Positions 28,183 through 37,942 of a DNA stretch of 59,287 nt are shown here, piece after piece. Each line of letters opens with the position of its first letter. Within the stretch, counting starts at the first letter, position 1. The notes beneath the pieces were generated by a model, which was not told the origin of the DNA, made no database searches, and saw only the letters and a program-made list of their open reading frames with translations. Source of the stretch: an uncultured Gemmatimonadota bacterium (GTDB lineage Bacteria; Gemmatimonadota; Gemmatimonadetes; Palauibacterales; Palauibacteraceae); NCBI GenBank assembly GCA_964607465.1, contig CAZSKS010000002.1, positions 31,657 through 90,943 of the forward strand, read 5' to 3'. A program made the position numbers and the translations under genes.

Positions 28183-29001
28183 ATGACGTTCCGGGCGATC
28201 CGCTGCCTCGTCCACCCGCCCGCCCCCGGGGCGCGCAACATGGCGGTGGACGAAGCGATCATGGACGCCGCCCGGGAGGGGCGGATCACCCTCCGCTTCT
28301 ACGCCTGGTCCCCGCCCTGCCTCTCGCTGGGCCGCCACCAGCCGGCCCGCGGCCGCTACGACCTGGAGGCCGCCCGGGAGCGGGGGATCGATGTCGTGCG
28401 CCGTCCCACGGGCGGGCGCGCCATCTACCACCACCGGGAGCTCACCTACGCCGTCGCGGCGCCGGCCGGGCTCTGGGGTGGCCTGCGGTCGGCCTACCGT
28501 CGCATCAACCGCGCGCTCCTGCGGGGGCTCTCCCGACTGGGCGCGGAAGTCGCCGAGGCCGGCCGCGACGCGCGGGTCCCTGGACCCTCGTCCCGGGCGT
28601 GCTTCCGGGACCCGCTGCCGGGGGAGATCGTGGCGGGGGGCCGCAAGCTGGTCGGAAGCGCCCAGTGGCGGGACCGGGGCGCCCTGCTTCAGCACGGCTC
28701 CATCCTGCTGCACGACGAGCAGGAGATGGCCGAGCGCCTCCGCCTCGACGGCGCGTCGCGGAAGCCGGCGGCCGGGCGGCCACCCGCGGAGACGGAGCCG
28801 GCGGGCGGGCCGTCGGCCGGTCTGTCCGATCTCCTGGACGAGGTCCCGCCGCCGGATCGGCTGGCGCAGGCCCTGCGGCCGGGCTTCCGGGACGTCCTGG
28901 GCCTGCCGGTGCGCGACGGCCGGCTGAGCGCGGCCGAGGTGGAGCGGGCGGAGGCCCTCGAGGCCCGGTACCGCGGGGACGACTGGACCTGGCGCCTCTG
29001 A
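28183..29001 (+). CDS. Lipoate-protein ligase / octanoyltransferase (LipM/LplA family)
   Basis: NMAVDEA, VVRRPTGGRAIYH, GRKLVGSAQ, LQHGS. Confidence 0.9.
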   Translation: MTFRAIRCLVHPPAPGARNMAVDEAIMDAAREGRITLRFYAWSPPCLSLGRHQPARGRYDLEAARERGIDVVRRPTGGRAIYHHRELTYAVAAPAGLWGGLRSAYRRINRALLRGLSRLGAEVAEAGRDARVPGPSSRACFRDPLPGEIVAGGRKLVGSAQWRDRGALLQHGSILLHDEQEMAERLRLDGASRKPAAGRPPAETEPAGGPSAGLSDLLDEVPPPDRLAQALRPGFRDVLGLPVRDGRLSAAEVERAEALEARYRGDDWTWRL

Positions 29002-29107
29002 GCCGCGACCGTTCCGCGGAGGGCTTCCGGCCCCGCCGCCGCCGGGGCGCCCGGTGGTGGCGGCGGGCTCCTTTCTCGGGGCGCGGGCGGCGCCTACCTT
29101 CCGGGAC

Positions 29108-30739
29108 ATGTTGGACGAATCGTGGGATCGGACCCGTCGGCGTGCTCGGGCGGCGCTGGCCGCCGGCGCCCTCCTCCTGGCCGCCTGCGGCGGAGGGGAG
29201 CCGGACGGGGCCGCCTCCGACGGGCGTCCGCTCGTGCTGGCCTACAAGGCCGACCTCCAGACGCTGAACCCGGTAACGAGCACGGACCAGGTGGCCAACG
29301 AGGTCATGCGCTCGCTGGTCTTCACGCCGCTGGTGACCTTCGACTCCACCTTCGAGGCGCGACCCTGGCTGGCGGAGTCCTGGACCCTGACCGACAGCTC
29401 CGTCGTCTTCCGGCTCCGGGACGACGTGCGCTGGCACGACGGGGAGCCGGTGACCGCCGGGGACGTGGCGTTCACCTTCGAGCTGGCGAAGGACCCGGAC
29501 ACCGCCTCCCCGCTGGCGGCGGCCTACCTGGGCAGCGTGGAGTCGGCCACCGTGCTGGGCCCCCACCAGATCCGCTTCGACTTCACCACCCCCCACGCCC
29601 AGCCGCTGCAGGACTTCTACTGGCCGCCGGTGCCGCAGCACGTCCTGGACGGCGTCGCCCCGGCGGAGCTCTCCCGCCACCCCTTCGGCCGGGACCCGGT
29701 GGGGAGCGGCCCCTACCGGCTGGAGAGCTGGGAGGCCGGGTCCACCCTCCGCTTCCGGGCCGTGGAGTCGTATCCCGAGGCGCTCGGGGGTGCCCCGGCG
29801 ATCCCCGAGGTCGTCTACCGCGTCCTCCCGGAGGCCACGACGCGCCTGCGGGAGCTGATGCGGGGCACCGTCCACCTGGACGGTCCCCTGACGCCGGCCG
29901 ACGCCTCCGAGGCCCGCTCGGCCGAGGGGGTCGAGCTGGCCGCCTTCCCCTGGCGCCTCTTCACCTACATCGGCTGGAACGGCCGTGACCCCCGCTTCGC
30001 CGAGCCGTCGGTCCGGCGGGCGCTGACGCTGGCCCTGGATCGGCCGGAGCTGCTCCAGGCCGCGCTCTACGGCCACGGACAGGTGGCCAGCGGGCCGATC
30101 CCCCCCTGGCACCCGTACGCGCCGGACCTGGAGCCCCTGCCCTCCGACCCGGACTCGGCCCGGGCCCTGCTGGACGCCGCCGGGTGGCGGGACCGGGACG
30201 GCGACGGCGTGCGGGAGAAGGAGGGACGGGAGATGCGCTTCCGTCTCATGACGGGCCAGGCGAACCCGGTCCACGCCGACCTGGTCCAGATGATCCAGGC
30301 CCAGCTGGGCGAGGTGGGGGTGGCGGCCGAGCCGCTGCTGCTGGAGTGGCAGACGGTCCTCGGCCGGCATCGGTCCCGGGACTTCGAGGCGGTGCTGACG
30401 AACTGGGTGCTGGACAACTTCCGGGTCGATCCCCGGCCCCTGTTCCACAGCAGCCAGGTGGAGGTGGAAGGGAGCGCCAACCGGAGCTCCTACGGCGACC
30501 CGGTGGCGGACAGCCTGATGGAGGAGGGCGCCCGGACGACCGACCCGGAGCGGGCGGCCCGGATCTGGGCCGAGTTCGCGGAGGTGATCCAGGCGGACCA
30601 GCCGTTCACGTTTCTGTTCTGGAACGACGAGCTGGCGGGAGTGAGCCGACAGCTGGAGGGAGTCGAGATGGACGCGAGGGGCGAGCTGCACGGGGTGGCG
30701 ACGTGGCGATGGCGGGACGGTCCCGGGAGCTCGCCGTGA
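29108..30739 (+). CDS. Peptide ABC transporter substrate-binding lipoprotein (family 5)
   Basis: Lipobox LLAAC, LRDDVRWHDGEPVTAGDVAFT, GSGPY. Confidence 0.9.
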   Translation: MLDESWDRTRRRARAALAAGALLLAACGGGEPDGAASDGRPLVLAYKADLQTLNPVTSTDQVANEVMRSLVFTPLVTFDSTFEARPWLAESWTLTDSSVVFRLRDDVRWHDGEPVTAGDVAFTFELAKDPDTASPLAAAYLGSVESATVLGPHQIRFDFTTPHAQPLQDFYWPPVPQHVLDGVAPAELSRHPFGRDPVGSGPYRLESWEAGSTLRFRAVESYPEALGGAPAIPEVVYRVLPEATTRLRELMRGTVHLDGPLTPADASEARSAEGVELAAFPWRLFTYIGWNGRDPRFAEPSVRRALTLALDRPELLQAALYGHGQVASGPIPPWHPYAPDLEPLPSDPDSARALLDAAGWRDRDGDGVREKEGREMRFRLMTGQANPVHADLVQMIQAQLGEVGVAAEPLLLEWQTVLGRHRSRDFEAVLTNWVLDNFRVDPRPLFHSSQVEVEGSANRSSYGDPVADSLMEEGARTTDPERAARIWAEFAEVIQADQPFTFLFWNDELAGVSRQLEGVEMDARGELHGVATWRWRDGPGSSP

Positions 30740-30752
30740 CCGGGCGAGCCGG

Positions 30753-32441
30753 ATGCGGGCGAGCCGGGACCGCACGGGGCGGGGGCTCGCCGTGAGAGGC
30801 CGGGCGGCGACGGGGTGGCGGACGGCCCGTCGGCTGTTGCTCCCCCTCCTCCTCGCGGCGGCGGCCTGCGGCGTGGAGGAGAGGGACGACGCCGCGACGG
30901 CCGGGGACGTGGCCGAGGAGGACCGGTACGGCGGCACGGCCGTGGTGGCGGCGATCGGCGACCTGGCCACGGTCAACCCCTTCGGCCTCAACGACTACCT
31001 GGGGGGGCAGTTCGCCCGGCACGCCCTCTTCACCCCCCTGATGGAGCTGGACGAGGACCTGGAGCCGCGCCCCCGGCTGGCCAGCGGCTGGGAGCCCAAC
31101 GCGGACACCACCCGGATCACCGTCCGGCTCCGCGAGGGCGTCCTGTGGCACGACGGAGAGCCGGTCACCGCGGAGGACGTGGCCTTCACGTTCCGTCGGG
31201 TGAAGGATCCCGCCGTCGGGTCCCCGGCCCAGCCCTACTTCTCGGCCTGGGACTCGGTGGAGGTGCTGGATCGGCACACGCTCCGCTTCCGCGTCCGGCC
31301 CGTGGCGGGGCTCTTCTTCGGCTGGACGCTGGTACCCGTCGCCCCGGAGCACGTCCTGGGCGACGTCCCGCCCGGGGAGCTGGCCACCCACGCCTTCGGC
31401 TCCACCTCGCCCGTGGGCAGCGGGCCCTTCCGGTTCGTGCGCCGCCAGGCGGGCGACCGGTGGGTGCTGGAGGCCAACCCCGACTACCCGGAGGAGCTGG
31501 GGGGGCGTCCCTACCTGGACCGGCTGGTCTACCGCGTCGTTCCCGACGAGTCGACCCTCCTGGCCGAGCTCCGCTCCGGCGACGTGGACTTCTATCACCG
31601 GGTGGCGCCCTCCCAGGCGGACGACGTCCGGGAGGCGCCCGACCTGCGCCTGCTGGCGTTCCCCTTCCCGGGCTACAGCTTCGTCGTCTGGAACACGCGC
31701 CGGTCGCCCTTCGGGGAGACGTCGGTCCGGCGGGCCCTCACCATGGGGATCGACAGGGAGGAGATGGTGGAGGCCATGCTGGAGGGGTACGGCCGCCCGG
31801 CCACGGGGCCCATCGGGCCGTGGCACTGGGCGTACGACACCGCCTGGCAGCCCCTGCCCTTCGATCCGGACTCCAGCCGGGCGCTGCTGGCGTCGGCGGG
31901 CTGGACGGACGGTGACGGGGACGGCGTCCGTGAGCGGGACGGGCGCGACCTCCGGTTCCAGCTCCTGACTCCGGACAACCGGCTGCGCCGGGACATCGCG
32001 GTGATGATGCAGGAGCAGCTCTCGGAGGTCGGGGTGGCCGTGGAGCCGCAGGCCCGGGACTTCCCCACGCTGTCGGCGGCGATCACGGGCTCGGATCGGG
32101 ACTTCGACGCGGCCCTCCTGGCCATCACGCCGGACCTGATGATCGACCAGCGCTCCGTGTGGGCCTGCGACCGCAAGGAGCAGCCTTTCCACATGAGCGG
32201 CTGGTGCGACCCGGCCCTGGACGCCACCATGGACTCGCTCGTGGAGGCCAGGGACCGGGAGACCCGCCGCCGGCTGCTCAGACGCCAGAGCGAGCTGGTC
32301 CACCGGGCCCAACCCTTTACATTCCTGTACTTCGAGGATCGGATCGACGGGCTCCGGGACCGGCTCCGGGGCGTGGAGGTGGACGCCCGGGGCGAGCTGA
32401 TCTCCGTCGGGAACTGGTGGATCCACCCCGGGGGTCGCTGA
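30753..32441 (+). CDS. Second peptide ABC transporter substrate-binding lipoprotein
   Basis: LAAAAC, WHDGEPVTAEDVAFT, GSGPF; paralog of the preceding gene. Confidence 0.9.
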   Translation: MRASRDRTGRGLAVRGRAATGWRTARRLLLPLLLAAAACGVEERDDAATAGDVAEEDRYGGTAVVAAIGDLATVNPFGLNDYLGGQFARHALFTPLMELDEDLEPRPRLASGWEPNADTTRITVRLREGVLWHDGEPVTAEDVAFTFRRVKDPAVGSPAQPYFSAWDSVEVLDRHTLRFRVRPVAGLFFGWTLVPVAPEHVLGDVPPGELATHAFGSTSPVGSGPFRFVRRQAGDRWVLEANPDYPEELGGRPYLDRLVYRVVPDESTLLAELRSGDVDFYHRVAPSQADDVREAPDLRLLAFPFPGYSFVVWNTRRSPFGETSVRRALTMGIDREEMVEAMLEGYGRPATGPIGPWHWAYDTAWQPLPFDPDSSRALLASAGWTDGDGDGVRERDGRDLRFQLLTPDNRLRRDIAVMMQEQLSEVGVAVEPQARDFPTLSAAITGSDRDFDAALLAITPDLMIDQRSVWACDRKEQPFHMSGWCDPALDATMDSLVEARDRETRRRLLRRQSELVHRAQPFTFLYFEDRIDGLRDRLRGVEVDARGELISVGNWWIHPGGR

Positions 32442-32565
32442 GCTCCGCAGGCCCGGCGCCCGGGACGGGTCGGGCCCGGGAGCCCGGGGGGCGGGGCGTG
32501 GTGGGTACCGCGGCCCGGCCCGGATCCCGCGCCTCGCCGCATCCGCCGCACCCGAGGGAGGCGTC

Positions 32566-33546
32566 CTGCTTCGTTACGTAGCCCGCCGGCTCCTCCAGTC
32601 GGTGCCCCTGCTGCTGGGGCTCGTGACCCTCACGTTCCTCCTCCTGCACCTGGCGCCGGGCGACCCCACCACGGCGTACTTCAACCCGAACATCCCGCCC
32701 GAGGTCATCGACGCGATGCGGCGCAACCTGGGGTTGGACGAGCCCCTTCACGTCCAGTACCTGCACTGGCTCGAGGCCTTCCTGACCGGCGACTTCGGCT
32801 ACAGCTTCAGCCAGCACCGGCCCGTGGCGGCGGCCCTCGCGGACGCGCTGCCCAACACGCTCCTCCTGGGCGGGGTGTCCCTGCTCCTGATCTTCGCCCT
32901 GGGGTGCGCCGCCGGCGTTGTGCAGGCGGTCCGGCAGTATTCGCTGCTGGACAGCTCGCTCACGGCGGCCACCCTCTTCATCTACTCGATGCCCGGCTTC
33001 TGGCTGGCGCTGATGCTGATCCTGCTGGTCTCGGCCCCCTGGATGCCCGACGCCCTCCGGCTGCCGATCTCGGGCATGACCTCCATCGGCCACGCCTCCA
33101 TGGGCACGTGGGAGCAGATGGTCGACCTGGCCCGCCACCTGGTGCTCCCGTCGGTGGCCCTCGGCCTGGCGTCGGCCGCCGGCGTGGCGCGCTACACCCG
33201 GGGCTCCATGCTCGACGTGGTGGGCCAGGACTACATCCGGACGGCGCGGGCGAAGGGGCTCTCCCGCCGCCGGGTCGTCCTGCGCCACGCCCTCCGCAAC
33301 GCGCTGCTGCCCGTGATCAGCCTCCTGGGCCTGTACCTGCCGCTGCTGTTCGGCGGGTCCGTGGTCATCGAGGTGGTGTTCTCGTGGCCCGGCATGGGAC
33401 GGCTGCTGTACAACGGGATCCTCGCCCGGGACTACCCGCTGGTGATGGCGGCCACCTTCCTGTTCGGCGTCCTGGTGGTGGCGGGCAACCTGGTGGCCGA
33501 CATGCTGTACGCCGCCGTGGATCCCCGGGTGCGCTATGACGACTGA
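32566..33546 (+). CDS. Peptide ABC transporter permease (DppB/OppB type)
   Basis: APGDP, DYIRTARAKGL, HALRNA; N-terminal LRYVARRLL suggests a CTG start at 32566 (track start 32602). Confidence 0.9.
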   Translation: MLRYVARRLLQSVPLLLGLVTLTFLLLHLAPGDPTTAYFNPNIPPEVIDAMRRNLGLDEPLHVQYLHWLEAFLTGDFGYSFSQHRPVAAALADALPNTLLLGGVSLLLIFALGCAAGVVQAVRQYSLLDSSLTAATLFIYSMPGFWLALMLILLVSAPWMPDALRLPISGMTSIGHASMGTWEQMVDLARHLVLPSVALGLASAAGVARYTRGSMLDVVGQDYIRTARAKGLSRRRVVLRHALRNALLPVISLLGLYLPLLFGGSVVIEVVFSWPGMGRLLYNGILARDYPLVMAATFLFGVLVVAGNLVADMLYAAVDPRVRYDD

Positions 33547-34741
33547 CGCCCTGGGGTGGCTCCTGCCGGGCCTGCCGCGCCTCCTGCGCGGGCGGCGCTC
33601 GGGGGTCCCGATCCTGGGCGGGTGGCTCTTCCTGTGGGGCGTCGCCCTCCTGCGCGCCGACCGGGTGGCGGCCACGCTGTCCGGCGGCGGCATCGACGAC
33701 TGGGTGGCGCTGGCCACCCTGGTCGGGGGGATGGCGGCCTGCTGGGCGGCGGCCAACGCCGGCCTGCTGGAGGGTCTGCCGACGGGAGGGGACGCCGACG
33801 GGAACGGGGAGGCTTCCGGCGCGCCTCCGGCCCGGGCGGTGGGCGCGGCGGCGGACCGGGAGGGGCCCTCGGGCGGTCGGGGGCCGACGCGGGGGGCCGT
33901 GGCGTGGCGGCGTTTCGCCCGACATCGACAGGCGGCCGCCGGCCTGGTCCTGCTGGCCGCCCTCTGCCTCTCGGCGCTCCTCACACCCTACCTGGCCCCC
34001 CACGACCCGGCGGAGCAGGACCGGGTGGTGGAGACCCGCTACCAGCCGCCCTCGGCCGCCCACCCGCTGGGCACGGACCGATTCGGCCGGGACGTCCTGA
34101 GTCGGGTCCTGTACGGCGCACGGATCAGCCTGGGCATCGGATTCGTGGCGGTCCTGATCGCCATCACGCTGGGCACCGTGCTCGGCGCCGGCTCGGGGTA
34201 CCTGGGGGGATGGGCGGACACGGTCACCATGCGGAGCGTCGATCTCCTGCTGAGCTTTCCGCGCCTGGTCCTCCTGATCACGGTGGTGGCCCTGTTCGAG
34301 CCGTCCATCGCGCTGGTCACCCTGGTGCTGGGGCTCACGGGCTGGATGGGCACCTCCCGGGTGGTGCGGGGGGAGGTGCTCTCGGTGCGGGAGCAGCCCT
34401 ACGTCGAGGCGGCCCGCGCGCTGGGCTACTCGGACGGGAGGATCCTCTTCCGCCACGTGCTGCCCAACGCGCTGGGGCCGGTCATCGTGGCGGCCACCCT
34501 GGGGGTGGGGAACACCATCCTGGCCGAGGCGGCCCTCAGCTTCCTGGGGCTCGGCGTGCAGCCGCCGACCGCCAGCTGGGGCAACATGGTGGCGGCGGGC
34601 CGGGACGTGATGCTGGAGGCCTGGTGGATCACCCTCTTCCCGGGCCTGGCGATCGTCCTCACCGTCATGAGCTTCAACCTGGTGGGCGACGGCCTGCGCG
34701 ACGCCATGGATCCCCGTCACGCGGCCGAGGGGGTGGCGTGA
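33536..34741 (+). CDS. Peptide ABC transporter permease (DppC/OppC type)
   Basis: HPLGTDRFGRDV, YVEAARALG, GDGLRDAMDP; N-terminal extension. Confidence 0.9.
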   Translation: MTTDALGWLLPGLPRLLRGRRSGVPILGGWLFLWGVALLRADRVAATLSGGGIDDWVALATLVGGMAACWAAANAGLLEGLPTGGDADGNGEASGAPPARAVGAAADREGPSGGRGPTRGAVAWRRFARHRQAAAGLVLLAALCLSALLTPYLAPHDPAEQDRVVETRYQPPSAAHPLGTDRFGRDVLSRVLYGARISLGIGFVAVLIAITLGTVLGAGSGYLGGWADTVTMRSVDLLLSFPRLVLLITVVALFEPSIALVTLVLGLTGWMGTSRVVRGEVLSVREQPYVEAARALGYSDGRILFRHVLPNALGPVIVAATLGVGNTILAEAALSFLGLGVQPPTASWGNMVAAGRDVMLEAWWITLFPGLAIVLTVMSFNLVGDGLRDAMDPRHAAEGVA

Positions 34742-35825
34742 CCCCGCCCCTCCTGGAGGTGTCCGACCTGCGGACCTGGTTCCACCTGCCCGAGGGCGTG
34801 GCCCGGGCGGTGGACGGCGTCTCCTTCCGCCTGGACGACGGCGAGACGTTGGGCCTCGTGGGGGAGTCGGGCTGCGGGAAGTCGGTGACCGCCCTCTCCC
34901 TGACCCGCCTCCTGCCCCGGCCGCCGGCCCGGATCGGCGAGGGCTCCAGCGTGCGGCTCCGGGGCGAGGAGCTGCTGGAGGCCCCCGAGTCGCGTCTGCG
35001 GCGGGTGCGGGGCGGGGAGATCGCCATGGTGTTCCAGGAGCCCGCCACGAGCCTGAACCCGGTCCTCACGGTGGGCGACCAGATCGTGGAGGCCCTGAGC
35101 GAGCACCAGGGGCTGCGGGGCCGGGACGCCCGGGAGGAGGCGGCGTCGCTGCTGACCCGGGTCGGCATCCAGGACCCGGCGGAGCGTCTGGACGCCCATC
35201 CCCACGAGCTGTCGGGCGGACAGCGGCAGCGGGCGATGATCGCCATGGCCCTGGGCTGCCGCCCGTCCCTGCTGGTGGCCGACGAGCCGACCACGGCGCT
35301 GGACGTCACGGTGCAGGCCCAGATCCTCCAGCTCCTCCGATCCCTCCAGGAGGAGACGGGGATGGCGATCCTCCTCATCAGCCACGACCTGGGCGTGGTG
35401 GCGGAGATGGCGGACCGGGTGGCGGTGATGTACGCCGGCCAGATCGTGGAGGAGGCCGGGGCCGCCGACCTCTTCCGGGACCCGCGGCACCCGTACACGC
35501 GGGCGCTGCTGGCCGCCGTCCCGGACCTGGAGAGGCCCAGGAGCCGTCTGACGGCCATCGGCGGCACCGTTCCGCATCCCACGCGCTGGCCGCCCGGCTG
35601 CCGCTTCCATCCGCGCTGCCCCCATGCCTGGGAGCGCTGCCGGGAGGAGCCGCCCGACCTGATGCCCGACGGCGACGCCCGCTCGCGCTGCTGGCTGGCG
35701 CGGGAGCCCGACCGGCGGGGCGAGACCGGGGGCGCGCCGGCGGAGAGGGGGGTCGGCGGGCCGGCCGCCGGGGACCGCGGGCCGGGCCGGGACGGGGACC
35801 GCGGCGCGGGACGTGAGGGGGACCC

Positions 35826-35829
<4 letters not shown>
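34738..35829 (+). CDS. Peptide ABC transporter ATP-binding protein (DppD type)
   Basis: GESGCGKS, LSGGQRQR, ADEPTTALD, GCRFHPRC; GTG at 34738. Confidence 0.92.
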
Positions 35830-36838
<1,009 letters not shown>

Positions 36839-36842
<4 letters not shown>

Positions 36843-36868
36843 CACGGTCGGAACGGGCCGGGTAGCTT
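36839..36868 (+). promoter_or_regulatory. sigma70-type promoter for the exbB-like gene
   Basis: TTGACA-N18-TAGCTT. Confidence 0.6.
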
Positions 36869-36958
36869 CTCCGGCCTGCCCGCCGGGCGCGAGCGGCGGA
36901 GCCTGCTCCGGCCCGGGCTCGCGGGGGCTCACGTCAGAGGATCGAGCGCACGCTGGAG

Positions 36959-37675
36959 GTGACCTTGAGCAGCTTGACGGGAACGACGTTACTCCTGCTA
37001 CAGCAGGCGACCACTCCCCAGTTCGGCCAGGGCGGGCAGCTGAGCATGGCCGAGATCTGGGACGCGGGGGGCTTCATGATGTGGCCCCTGGGCGCCCTGC
37101 TGGCGATCGGCGTCCTGATCAGCATCTGGAAGTTCATCGACCTCCAGATCAAGGCCTCCAAGACCCGAACCCTGCTGGACGAGGTCGACGGGCTCATCAC
37201 CTCCCACCGCCTGGGCGAGGCCCTGCAGGTGTGCGAGGAGTCGGACTCCCCCGCGGCGAACATCCTGCAGGCCGGCCTGAAGCGGCACGAGGAGGGCATC
37301 GAGCGCGCGATGCGGGCCGTGGAGAACGCGGGCGTCATCGAGCTGGCGTCCCTCGAGCGCGGCCTGGTGTGGCTGGCCACCATCTCGAACGTGGCGCCGC
37401 TGCTCGGCTTCCTGGGGACCGTGATCGGGATGATCATCGCCTTCCAGAACATCGAGATGGCGGGCGAGGTCGAGGCGACGCTGGTCGCCGGAGGCATCAA
37501 GGTGGCCCTGATCACCACGGCCAGCGGCCTGGCCATCGCGATCCCCATCAACATCTTCCACAACTACTTCGTCACGCGCGTGGACCGGCTGGTCATCGAG
37601 ATGGAGGAGAGCACGCAGAAGATGATCGACGCGCTCCACGCCGTGGAGGACCAGGCCGGCGCCGGCACGGTCTGA
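36959..37675 (+). CDS. MotA/TolQ/ExbB proton channel family protein
   Basis: GGFMMWPL, APLLGFLGTVIGMI, ALITTASGLAIAIP. Confidence 0.93.
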   Translation: MTLSSLTGTTLLLLQQATTPQFGQGGQLSMAEIWDAGGFMMWPLGALLAIGVLISIWKFIDLQIKASKTRTLLDEVDGLITSHRLGEALQVCEESDSPAANILQAGLKRHEEGIERAMRAVENAGVIELASLERGLVWLATISNVAPLLGFLGTVIGMIIAFQNIEMAGEVEATLVAGGIKVALITTASGLAIAIPINIFHNYFVTRVDRLVIEMEESTQKMIDALHAVEDQAGAGTV

Positions 37676-37751
37676 AGCTCCGTGCGCGAGCGCCGCGCCC
37701 GGACGGGCGCGGCCTGCTCGCCGCCGGGGTCGGTGCTGGACAGGCGACGAG

Positions 37752-37779
37752 AGGGCCCGGGGCCGACCCGGGCCCTTTT
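37752..37779 (+). terminator. Putative intrinsic terminator
   Basis: 10-bp stem AGGGCCCGGG/CCCGGGCCCT with 5-nt loop, followed by a short T run. Confidence 0.55.
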
Positions 37780-37942
37780 CGCGTTCTCGGGTGTCCGCCG
37801 AAGGGCCGAAACGGCCTGCGGCTCCGGGCTCTCGGCCGCTATTTCTTCTTGCGTCCCGCGCCTCGAAGCGTGAGATTCGGGCCGGACGGCACGGCGCCGG
37901 GATCCCGGCGATCACCCTGTTCGGAACTCCGCGAAAGGTGAC

